Source of the DNA: Planctomycetota bacterium
Lineage (GTDB): Bacteria > Planctomycetota > Phycisphaerae > Sedimentisphaerales > Anaerohalosphaeraceae
Reading direction: 5' to 3'
Length of the DNA: 64,000 nucleotides
NCBI GenBank assembly: GCA_029552545.1
Contig: JAKPDO010000025.1
Coordinates: forward strand, 43,610-107,609
How positions within the stretch are numbered: position 1 is the first letter of the stretch; every line of letters starts with the position of its first letter. Positions 8,969 through 19,500 of the stretch are shown here, piece by piece. A model generated the notes under the pieces. That model ran no database searches and was not told where the DNA came from. It saw only the letters and a list, made by a program, of their open reading frames with translations. The translations under genes and the position numbers were made by a program.

Positions 8969-11900
8969 GTGAAAATCAAATTGTGGTGGCTGATGCTGGC
9001 GGTTTTTTCTCTGAGCCGGGCGGATACAACGTATCCAATCGGCGACCTCAATCAGGACCGCCGGGTAGACCTGGCTGACCTGGCGATTCTGGGGGAGCAT
9101 TGGCTGGAGGATGTTGGCTGTTCAGGGATTTATTGTGCAGAGATTGACAGTCTTTCCGGAGTCACGCTGTCTGATTTCTTTCTGATGGCTTCCAACTGGC
9201 TGGCGGATGAGAGTCGTCCTTTGTTGTTTATCAATGAGTTTGCGGCCTCCAATACCAGCGAAAGCGGCATAGCGGATCCTCAGGGGGAGTTTGACGACTG
9301 GATTGAGATTTATAATGCCGGTGATACAGCCGTTGATACGGCGGGGATGTATCTGACGGATGATTTAGGCAGTCCGACAGCTTGGCGGTTTCCGGAGGGC
9401 AGACCTGCAGAGACCACGATTCCGCCTCACGGTTATTTGATTGTCTGGGCGGATGGGGATGTGAAAGACACCCCCGGCCTGCACGCATCTTTCAGTCTCC
9501 GCGCGGATGGAGAGGAAATCGGGTTGTATGATGGGAACGGCCGGCGGATTGATTCGCTGTCCTTTTCCAGTCAGCAAGCCAATCATTCGTACGGCCGATG
9601 GCCTGACGGCGGGTCGGAGTGGAGATTTTTTTCTGTTCCGACCCCGGGTGCGGTGAACAACGGGGGGTATCTGGGGCTTGTGGAGGATACTCAATTCAGT
9701 CACAAGCGGGGGTTTTATGATGCCCCGTTCAGTTTAACCTTAAGCTGTGATACGCCCGGGGCGGCGATTTATTATACGACTAACGGCAGTGCTCCGATTG
9801 AGAACGAAGTTCCGACGGCGGCGGCTGTGCGGTACACAGGTCCGATTTCCATTTCCTCTACCGCCTGTATCCGTGCAGCGGCGATAAAAACCGGCTGGAA
9901 GCCGAGCAATATTGATACTCAAACCTATATTTTTGGGGCTTCCGCCGCGGTGCGTTCGATGCCGCTGATTTCCATCGTCGGGGACCCGCAAAAGTCGCTT
10001 TATGAACCGGACGGTGTGATGGCCATTGTCGGCGGTTATTATGACAGCAGCGGCGTCTGGCAGTCCAGCGGTGCCGGCAGCTACAACAATCCGCTGCAGC
10101 GTGGGCGCAATTATGAGCGTCTGGTTTCATTTGAATATATGGATTTGGAGACCGGAGCGGCCTTTCAGCAGGATTGCGGCATCCGGGTTCACGGCAGTGA
10201 TTATACGAGGCCGCGGTACACGCGCGGGGCGGATTGGGTGACGTGCTGGAATGGTTGGCCGAACTGGAACAGCAACAAGTTCAGTCTGAATCTCTGGTTT
10301 CGGGATGAATATGAAGGGGGACGTCTGGACTATCCGCTGTTTCCGTTTATTGAGGCTGATTCGTTTGAGAGCATCGTCCTGCGGGCCGGCCATAATGACG
10401 CCTGCACACCGTTTGTGAAGGATGAGTGGGCCCGACGGCTCTTCTGCCAGATGGGGCATGCCCAGGTAACCGGTATTTTTGTGAATCTGTATATCAATGG
10501 GGTTTACCGCGGCTATTACAATCCGACGGCTCGGGGGGATAAGGAGTTTTATCAGGAGTGGTATGACACGGAGGATGAGTTTGATGTGATTACGCAGGCG
10601 GGTGTGAGGGACGGAGACGATCTCGCCTGGAACGCTCTGCTCAGTTATGCCAACAGCCGCAATCTGAGCAATATGGCGGATTATGAGTATGTAGCGAGCC
10701 GGCTGGACATTCCCGCCTTCATTGACCTGCTGATTCTTCAGAATTACATCGGCAATTTTGACTGGCCCGGCAATAACTGGGATGTGCACCGGCGAAGGAC
10801 TCCGGACGGAAAATTTGCCTTCAGCATCTGGGATGCGGAAGGGCTCGCGGAGAATTGGGCTTTCGGGGATAACGGGGAAAATCTGTATAAAAATTCTTTT
10901 GAGCATTTTCCCAGCTGGACTTCTCCGACCGGCCTGAATAATCTGTCCTGGTGTCCGATTGCTCAGCTGTACCGGGCCCTGCGGAACAATCCGGAGTTTC
11001 GGCTGGCCTTTGCAGATCGTGTGCACCGTCATTTTCGCAACGGAGGAGTTCTGACTCAGGCCAATCTCCTATCGAAGTGGTGGGAGGTCTTCGGTGAGGT
11101 ATCCGCCGTGCTGCCGGAAAAAACGGCTTTCCCGGTCCGCTACGTGCCGGATGTTTTTATCCCCAGGCGTGAACCGTATGTGCTGACGTCGTTTGCGAAT
11201 AATAATCTGTTCGATACGAGTTTCGGCTATCCGATCTTCCAAATCAACGGGGTTTATCAGCACGGCGGGCATGCGGCTTCGGGTTCGATTCTGACGATAA
11301 TCCAGTCCACCCCTTCGGGCACTCTGTATTATACGATGGACGGGACAGACCCTCGCAGGCCTGCTTCCACCCAACTGGTTGCGCAGGGATTTGTCGTGTC
11401 CGACAGCGCCCCCAAGAAAGTGCTGGTACCCACAGGAGATATCGGGACGGCCTGGCGGGGCAGCAGCGAACCATTCAACGATACCGGCTGGACCGGCGGT
11501 ACGGGCGGGGTGGGATACGAACGGCAGACCGGCTATGAGAGTATGATTGGGATTGATGTCGGGGCGGCGATGTATAACAAGAATGCAACCTGTTATATCC
11601 GGATTCCGTTCACTGTGGACGGTGCTGCTCTGCCGTATTATACCACGCTGACGCTGCGCGTCCGCTATGATGATGGATTTGTCGCTTTTTTAAACGGCAC
11701 GGAAGTCAAGCGGATGAATGCTCCTGCTTCCCTGATCTGGAACTCGGCGGCCACCGCCAATCGAGAGGCGTCCTCCGCGTGGGATTCCTTTGATATTTCC
11801 GCGTATAAAAGCGTGCTGCGGGCCGGGACGAATATTCTGGCCATTCACGGCCTGAATGTAAGCACTACCAGTTCTGATTTTCTGATTTCGGCGGAATTGG

Positions 11901-13552
11901 AAGCGCCTTCCGTTTATACAACCGTTCCGGCGGGCATTTCTCCGACGGCGATTGCCTATACCGGCGGGATTCCCCTGACGGCCAGCGCTCAGGTCAAGGC
12001 GCGAATCCGGAGCAGCACAGGCCAGTGGAGTGTACTGAATGAAGCCGTTTATGCCGTCGGACCGGTAGCGGGAAATCTGCGGATTGCAGAATTGATGTAT
12101 CACCCCATTGACCCCAATGAGGAATTTATCGAACTGGTCAATATCGGTTCGGAAGCAATCAATTTGAATCTGGTTCGGTTTACAAAAGGGATTTCTTTTA
12201 CCTTCGGGTCTCAGACTCTTGCCGCCGGTGAGCGGATTGTGGTGGTCGGCAATCAGGCGGCTTTTCTCCAGCGGTATCCTTCCTTCAGCGGACGAATAGC
12301 GGGGGAATACACGGGCCGACTGGATGATGCCGGAGAAACCATCAGACTGGAAGATGCCGTAGGCACGGTTATTCAGGAGTTTTCATATAAAGACGGATGG
12401 TATCCGATTACGGACGGGGAGGGATTTTCCCTAACAGTCCGCAATCCCGCTCAGACCGATTTGGGGATGTGGAGCCGGAAAGAAGGTTGGCGTCCCAGTG
12501 CATTGGCCGGAGGTTCGCCGGGAACGGATGATTCAGGGTTGGTGCCGGACCCGGGGGCGATTGTAATCAACGAACTGCTGGCCCATTCTCACAGCGGACA
12601 GCCGGACTGGATTGAATTGTACAATACGACATCGCAGCCGATTGCCATCGGCGGGTGGTTTCTCAGCGATGCCGCCGGAGACGAGGCCAGTATTAAGAAA
12701 TATGAAATTCCGCTTGGGACTATAATTCCGGCGGGGGGATATGTTGTCTTTTATGAAGATCAGCATTTCGGGAATCCCTCTGCTCCCGGGGTTCATATTC
12801 CTTTTGCCCTGAGTGAAGGCGGAGAGACGGCCTATCTGCGGAGCGGAGTGGGCGGTGTTCCCGGCGGATACGAGGTTTCGCAGAGTTTCGGGGCTTCGAA
12901 CACGGGGATTTCTTTTGGGCGCTATGCAAAAAGTGCGATGGACGGGGGAATTGTTTTTACGGCGATGAGCAGTCCGACGCCGGGGGCCGCCAATGCGTAT
13001 CCGCTGGTCGGTCCTGTTGTGATTTCAGAGATTCAGTACCATCCGTCCGCCGCCAATACAGGCGGGGAGTATCTGGAGCTTCGCAATATCAGTTCGCAGC
13101 CGGTTGTTTTGCAGGATGAGGTCTCGACCGAAATTTCCCCCGGCAATTTCATCACTGAGTTGATTCCGTGGCGGTTTGATAAAGGAATCGATTTTGTCTT
13201 TCCGTCCGGCACGACAATTCCCGCCGGCGGAATTCTGATTGTGGCGGAAAATCCGACTGCCTTTGCGGCTTATTACGGTTCGATGCCTTCGGGGGTACAG
13301 GTTTTCGGGCCGTTTGCGAATGGAACAAAACTGGATAATGGGGGTGAGACAGTTCGTCTGGCCCGGCCGGGGGACCAGGAGTATGGGGTAGAGCGTTTCT
13401 GGATTTCTGCGGAAGAGATTTCGTATGATGATGTCTCTCCCTGGCCGACTAGTGCGGACGGCGGCGGCTATTCCCTGCACCGGATTCATCCCTCCCAGTA
13501 CGGGGATGACGTTATCAACTGGCAGGCCGGATTGCCCGCTCCCGGCAATTAA
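8969..13552 (+). CDS. giant secreted CotH-kinase-family / lamin-tail-domain (LTD) multidomain protein (1527 aa)
   Basis: A GTG start follows GGAGAGAAAGGCGGAGG and gives the signal peptide VKIKLWWLMLAVFSLSRA; ORF-track residues 1-31 overlap tolC and were rejected. Domain order: dockerin-like module, LTD (FINEF..DWIEIYN), chitobiase-C-like (AIYYTTNGSAP), CotH-like core (~9953-10975: VNLYINGVYRGYYN.., NYIGNFDWPGNNWD, FSIWDAEG), a beta-sandwich, then three more LTDs. Confidence 0.85.
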   Translation: MKIKLWWLMLAVFSLSRADTTYPIGDLNQDRRVDLADLAILGEHWLEDVGCSGIYCAEIDSLSGVTLSDFFLMASNWLADESRPLLFINEFAASNTSESGIADPQGEFDDWIEIYNAGDTAVDTAGMYLTDDLGSPTAWRFPEGRPAETTIPPHGYLIVWADGDVKDTPGLHASFSLRADGEEIGLYDGNGRRIDSLSFSSQQANHSYGRWPDGGSEWRFFSVPTPGAVNNGGYLGLVEDTQFSHKRGFYDAPFSLTLSCDTPGAAIYYTTNGSAPIENEVPTAAAVRYTGPISISSTACIRAAAIKTGWKPSNIDTQTYIFGASAAVRSMPLISIVGDPQKSLYEPDGVMAIVGGYYDSSGVWQSSGAGSYNNPLQRGRNYERLVSFEYMDLETGAAFQQDCGIRVHGSDYTRPRYTRGADWVTCWNGWPNWNSNKFSLNLWFRDEYEGGRLDYPLFPFIEADSFESIVLRAGHNDACTPFVKDEWARRLFCQMGHAQVTGIFVNLYINGVYRGYYNPTARGDKEFYQEWYDTEDEFDVITQAGVRDGDDLAWNALLSYANSRNLSNMADYEYVASRLDIPAFIDLLILQNYIGNFDWPGNNWDVHRRRTPDGKFAFSIWDAEGLAENWAFGDNGENLYKNSFEHFPSWTSPTGLNNLSWCPIAQLYRALRNNPEFRLAFADRVHRHFRNGGVLTQANLLSKWWEVFGEVSAVLPEKTAFPVRYVPDVFIPRREPYVLTSFANNNLFDTSFGYPIFQINGVYQHGGHAASGSILTIIQSTPSGTLYYTMDGTDPRRPASTQLVAQGFVVSDSAPKKVLVPTGDIGTAWRGSSEPFNDTGWTGGTGGVGYERQTGYESMIGIDVGAAMYNKNATCYIRIPFTVDGAALPYYTTLTLRVRYDDGFVAFLNGTEVKRMNAPASLIWNSAATANREASSAWDSFDISAYKSVLRAGTNILAIHGLNVSTTSSDFLISAELEAPSVYTTVPAGISPTAIAYTGGIPLTASAQVKARIRSSTGQWSVLNEAVYAVGPVAGNLRIAELMYHPIDPNEEFIELVNIGSEAINLNLVRFTKGISFTFGSQTLAAGERIVVVGNQAAFLQRYPSFSGRIAGEYTGRLDDAGETIRLEDAVGTVIQEFSYKDGWYPITDGEGFSLTVRNPAQTDLGMWSRKEGWRPSALAGGSPGTDDSGLVPDPGAIVINELLAHSHSGQPDWIELYNTTSQPIAIGGWFLSDAAGDEASIKKYEIPLGTIIPAGGYVVFYEDQHFGNPSAPGVHIPFALSEGGETAYLRSGVGGVPGGYEVSQSFGASNTGISFGRYAKSAMDGGIVFTAMSSPTPGAANAYPLVGPVVISEIQYHPSAANTGGEYLELRNISSQPVVLQDEVSTEISPGNFITELIPWRFDKGIDFVFPSGTTIPAGGILIVAENPTAFAAYYGSMPSGVQVFGPFANGTKLDNGGETVRLARPGDQEYGVERFWISAEEISYDDVSPWPTSADGGGYSLHRIHPSQYGDDVINWQAGLPAPGN
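9044..9202 (+). other. dockerin-like two-segment module with Cys-containing linker (N-terminus of protein 8969..13552)
   Basis: DLNQDRRVDLADLAILGEHWLEDVGCSGIYCAEIDSLSGVTLSDFFLMASNWL: EF-hand-like D-x-N-x-D loops plus helix-W, with CSG.YC between the halves. Confidence 0.5.
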
Positions 13553-13558
13553 GCTGCT

Positions 13559-16500
13559 TTAGAAGCCGGGAGTCGGGGCGGCAGCCGTCCAGTTTGTCGG
13601 GTCGTCGCCTGACTTTGACGAATTGGAAGGATACAATCGAGTCAAGGAGTATCCTAAGCCGTCGGCACCCGCCGGCCATGGGGTATAATCGCTGTAGGTG
13701 ACCTGATCCATCACAACCCAGGAAATTGCCGACGGATCGCCGGGAATATCGGACGCCTGCGGTTTTTCGAGGGCCAGTCGCTCGCCTCCGTTGGACAGGC
13801 TGCCGCTCCAGGGACCGAAGACATTTACGCCGGGTGTCAGGGAGCTGTTGTAATAAGCATTGAAGGCGTTCAGCCGTCCGGATTCGAGCACCGGGTCGAA
13901 GGGGACGATGACTATTTTGGCCCCCGGGGCCAGAGACAGTCCGGACGGGAAGGGAAACGAAACCGCATTGTCCAGCCGCCAATTGCCGGAGCCGTCGGGA
14001 CTGGTTAGGGAAACACTCGAGCCGGTTGGGTTGAACAGTTCAATGTATTCTTCCGCGCCGACTGCATTCAACGGATTGTACATCAGTTCAGAAATAACGA
14101 TGCCTGCCAGGGGAACAGCGTTGGATGTGCCTCGTGTGCCGGTCATTCGGAACCAGTAGGCACCCCCGTTCGGATACCGTCCCATTGAGATGCCGTTTTC
14201 CTGTCCTTTGAAGCGGATGCAGTCTACGATTCGGTCCGTGCCTGCGGTTCCCGGCAGATAGGAGAGAAAGATTGTCTCGCCCACTTTGTCGAGGCCGAAT
14301 CCGCTGGTCAGGGGATTGTGAAAACCGGAGATTTCATCAAAACTGACAAAACCGGATGCCGGAACAGTTATGGATGGAATCGCCCATTTTTTCAGGTTGG
14401 TGATGTCATCGCTCAAATACCAGTTTCCGTCCAGTGCAATGGGGGATGCAGTGGGATTGTATAATTCAATCCAGTCGTTGCTGTCATAGCCCGGATACAT
14501 CGGGTCGCTGAAATCGGTATGAGCCATAAACTCGTTTAGGACGATTGACGCGGTCGGTGTCGGGTCTGCTGCGCCGGGCGAGCCGCCGATATAAGCACTC
14601 TGACGCCAGCTGGTGCCGTAGTCGAGGATTCCGGCCTGCTGGTCTTCCATGGTCCACCAGCCGACCGGCACAAGGGAATGCCCGCCGCCGTCCGCGGCCT
14701 GGGGCCAGCCGAATCCGTCATTGTAGGTGAAGGAAACAATCATCCCATTCCAGGTATCGGAGATGTCGATGGTCTCTCCGTCATTATTCAGTTTTCCGGA
14801 ATACTGTCCGGCTATTTTTGAAGACAGGCCGGGATATCGCAGGTTGAAGGCCGTCGGATTGCGGACAATCAGAACGAAGTCGCCGGGGGCCAGGGTTGTG
14901 ACGGAAGCACCGGCAAAGGAGAAGGTGATTCCGTTGCTGATGGAAACGGTGCTTAAGTCCAGCGTTTTGCTGGTACTGGTGTTGGTCAGCTCGAGAAATT
15001 CAAACTCTTCTTTGTCGTAGCGGCCGAGGGGGTCCGGGGCCGGGTTATACATCAGTTCGCTGACGCGAAGATAATTCAGCAGGTCGGCTCCAATGGCCTC
15101 TCCGGCGGTAAATTCAATCGGTTCGGACCAGTGGCTCCAGCGACCGGTGTTGTCTTTCATCCGGCAGCGGACTCGGTAGGTGCGGCCTGTCCGGACAACC
15201 GAGCCCGGAATTTGGATGGTTCGATTGGCCGGGTCGGTGATTTCATCGCTCATCCAGGTCGGCTGGATTTCGTATTTATTTGACTCGGAAGCCAGACCAG
15301 CTTTGACCGGCTCTGTGGTTTGGGCGATGAGGGCGACATCGACGGAGAAATCACTGCTGGTTGTCGATGCCTGAAGAGCGTGAACGGCAATCACGTTGTC
15401 GCCGGTTGTCAGATAATCATAAGGTCCTGACAGGACAATCTCATCGTAGGCGTTCGCATTGTCTGCCTCGTGATTCGTTGTGCCTGTCAGACTGTTGTAG
15501 TATTTGTCCCCGGCGGTGCAGTACAGACGGGCGACTTCGACACCGTTAATCCAGATAATGCAGCCGTCATCGATACGGACGCGGAGTTTCAAAGACTGAA
15601 TTAAGTTTTTGTTGGGCACTTCAAATTTCTTGCGGAGATAGACGGTGTAATAGCTGTTTTTCATATCCGACAGGGTGGTATTAAGGTCGCTGTCTCCGTA
15701 GCCGAGAGCGGTCTGGCCGAGCAGCCATTCCTGATCATTGAAGGAAAGCTGCCTCCATTCTCCAAAAACACTGGAGGGCTCTCGAGTGCCCTTGAAGTAC
15801 CGCCACTGGCTTGCAGGGGCAACGAGGGCCAGTTCCGTTGTTGTGGGAGGCAGCGAGAAATTGAGGCGATGTTCTGCAATCCGCCACTGGATAGCTCCGA
15901 AGGTATTGCTGCCCTGCGGGTCATTGAATGCACTGGTCTGGAACCGCAGGTCGTTGACGGGATACCCGGCGGTGCCGATGTAGGAAATCGTCGGGGTATA
16001 AGGAATGGATGTGGAGTCGCCTTCGGCCCCGGCCAATGCCTCGAGGTTGGCTACCGTGCCCGGCCAGGAAGGATCGCCAAACCACGGGTCGCCTGTCCAG
16101 CTTCCGCCCTGCCAGGCGAATTTTTTCAAATCCGCCACTACATTGCTCAGCGGGCCGTCGTCCCGGGCGCCCTCTGCAAGCGGATTCAAACGCCATCGGT
16201 CACGGTCTGCCGGCACCAGTTCGGAGATATGATAGGCCAGTTCATCAATCATTCCGTTGATGATTTCCGGCTTCCAGTGCAAATCGAGGAACTCACGGAT
16301 AAAGTTGCGGTAGGCCTGTTTGATGGGGGCTTTGGCCGACTGGATGGTCATCTGGACCGGCTGCCCTTCTGTGACATAATATTGGTCAAAAATGGCCGCC
16401 GCTCCGTGGTCGATTCCCTGATTGAAGAAGGGTCCCCATGTGTCATCCACATCAAACGGCAGAATCCACAGACGGCCCCAGTACTGATTTTCCGGCTTAT

Positions 16501-19500
16501 AGTCGGGGTAGAAATACCACGCGGCGTTTTTCAGACAGTGGAAACAAGTCGGTCCGGAGAAGACATCGTAATGCCGAACGGCCTCTACGATGGTGTGGTA
16601 GCGAATCCACATGTCCGTATCGAGCCAGGCCAGGACCTGCGCAGCGGTGGCATTGGCGTTCAGGTTCCACCGGATATTTTCATAATCGGATGCATCATCC
16701 ACCGCATCGGGGCCCTGATACCGCAGCTGCCGGAGGCCTTCGTAGATCTTGTCGGACAGTTTATACAGATTTCCCTTGGGCATATCGTGGTTGTCCAAAA
16801 AGGCCCCGTCGTAATCTTCCCAGGCGAGATAGAGTCCCCAGAAGTCGCCCTCATACTGGCCGTTGAGGGTATTGGGGGCTTCGTTGGGGCCGTCGATAAC
16901 ACGGAAGTGGAACCACCAGCCCATTGGAGCCGGCACACCGACCTGATTCCAGAGCATCATATCGAGCATTTCGTTGATGGCGTATCGGCCCTGGAGGCGG
17001 TTGCCGAACATTTTGGCGGTGACCAGATGCTGCCAGCGGGCGGGGAACTTGTTTCCGTACAGGTCGCGAGCCTGGAAATAATGACCGCGGTTGAAGCGGA
17101 ATTTCATGGAGCGTTTTCCACCTTGCCCGTAGTTGTAGCGGCCGTTTCCGCCGCGCAGGCGATAGCCGATGTTGTCATAGACTTCGCCGTCATAGACGAA
17201 GGTTCCCGACCAGTTATAGACTTTGCCGGCCTCCTGATTGTTGTAGTTGGTGGTGCCCTGCTCGATTCGGTCGGCGCTGTTGTAGCCGTGGCTCTGGAAG
17301 AAGTCCTCCGCCCGTGTAATCAGATGATAGACGGGCACCGAGGTGAGAATCTCGGAGCTGTACACATAGCCCGGACCGGAGGACTGCACAGTATCTTTGC
17401 TTGCTACGTAGGGGGGCACGCCGTTGTACACAAAACAGGCGAAGTTCAGCGAGGCGTCATCGACATACGGGGTGCGAACAGAGCGGCCTGTATTGTCAGC
17501 TGCCTCGATGCGATAGCGCACGAGGGTTCTGTTGCTTTGGGCCGGCAGGACCGCGGTGTAAATCGAATCTCCGGCAACGGCATCTCCGCCGTTACCGTCA
17601 TCCCGCATCGGATAGGTCTGCCAGTTGGCGGGGTTTTCAAACGCCGGATTTTGCGGCTGAATCTGGTGCGGATTGGCCAGCAGGGAGGCAATGGGAATCG
17701 GCAGATAGGCAGGGATGTACTGTCCGGGCAGAACGATTTGGACTTTCAGATTGACGGAGGCCACGCCGTCCGGGTCAGTGATTTTGGCTGTTATGACAAT
17801 CGGTTCCGTCGATTGGGGCTGCTTGGGGGTGTGCTGAACCTGACGGATTTGCGGCGGGGCATTGTTGGTAAAGACACCGTTGATGCGGCCGGGTGTGGGG
17901 GTTCCGAATGCCTCCTCCGGGCGTGCGGCTGTCGGCAGAAAGCCGGAACTTCGCCAGCTGCCTCCTAAATCATTATCCAGATAGGGATTGAGCAGTTCCA
18001 TCGATGCTCCTTCTCCGTCAGCGGCTGTCGGCCACGGGAAGGAGGGACCGTAATTGACTTCATCGATTTTTTGCCCTAGCGGGTCCCGAAGAATAATCCG
18101 TTCTCCTTCATTGCTGAGTTTGCCCTGCCAGGGGCCGAAAGCAGAGACCCCGAATTTCTGGTTGACGGCGGCCGGATTGGCGGCGATGACGACGAAATCG
18201 CCCGGGGCAAACGGACAGGATGACGTAAAACGATATTCTACGGCATCTTCGAGGGACCAGCCGTTCAGGTCGATGGTTTGGGCGCCGGCGTTGTACAGTT
18301 CGATAAACTCCACCGGTTCCTTGTTGGAGTCCGGGTGATAATGGATTTCATTGATGACAATCAGGGGGGTTGCGGTTTCCTGCCAGCCGGCAGCCAGGGT
18401 GGAGAAATCCGCCAAGTCCACAAATCGGCTTTTATCAAAGTCAGCACAATCATATCCGCTGCAGTTTACGGACTGCATCCACTGGACAGCAAAAACAACC
18501 AGGTCGTTCAGATCGATCAGGCAGTTTCCGTCCAAATCTCCCGGCAAGCAGGCAGGAATCGAATCACTGGTTGAAAAGGACCAGAGGTCGCCTTCTACAT
18601 CCGGTCCGGAGGCGGAGTGTTCATCCACCCGCCAGAAATAATCACGTCCGGGTTCCAGGGGACCGACCCAGTAGTTTGTGTCCGGGTAATTTTCCTGCAA
18701 CACCTGCAGCGTGGAAGGAGAGGTTCCCAGCAAAATGCGATGGCCTGCGGCCTGATAACCGGCCTGCCATTGCAGGGTCACTCCGGCCGGAGAAACTCCG
18801 ATTGTGCCGGGTACAGGGCTGGGGTTATTGGCTTTTGGATTGACTGCCAGAAAACTCCACACCGGGCCGCTGAAGATGTATCCGGAGGAAGTGACCTCTT
18901 CGATGCGCCAATAATAGAGCTGGTCTCTTTCGAGAGGAGCGGAGGGGGTAAATGTCCTGTCCGTTGAAGGTTTGGTGGTCTGGTACACGCCGGCAGTAGT
19001 AGTCGTAGCGGTCAAAACAGTTCGGTAATCTGTTCCCAGATAAACACGATGATAAAGAATAGCCGGGTTGGGGTCTGCGTTCCAGGTGAGAGTCGGCAGG
19101 ATTCCGGCATTTTGTCCATTGGCCGGGCTCGGATTGGACGGGACTGAGTAAACCGTCGTCGGAGAGTTGGGTCCTGCCTGATAACTGGCCAAGACCATGG
19201 ATGCATCAAATGGAATATTGTAGATGCGGAATTCATCGACAGACCCGTTCAGAAGGGGGTCCCACGTATAGCAGGATTTTCCAATGAAGGCAAAAGCCGG
19301 ATGAACATCAGTCAGTAAATGCGTGATATTGCTTGCGGAGGCGGCCAGGTAGCCGTTTTTGTAAATTCTCATCTGACGGTTAATCCCGTCATAAACGCAG
19401 ACAATCTGTGTTTTTGTTCCTGAAGAGATCAGAGAGGAATCGACGGATTGTTCCCCGGTTGAATATCCCGGGTATCCGGTTGTTGAAATGCAAAACCGAG

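Noticed and set aside
15869-17968. A 699-aa plus-strand ORF inside the giant minus-strand gene.
   Set aside because: It is entirely antisense to a gene with clear domain content. Its translation is Arg/Gly/Val/Ala-rich with no recognisable motifs and no RBS. This is the typical shadow ORF of GC-biased third codon positions.
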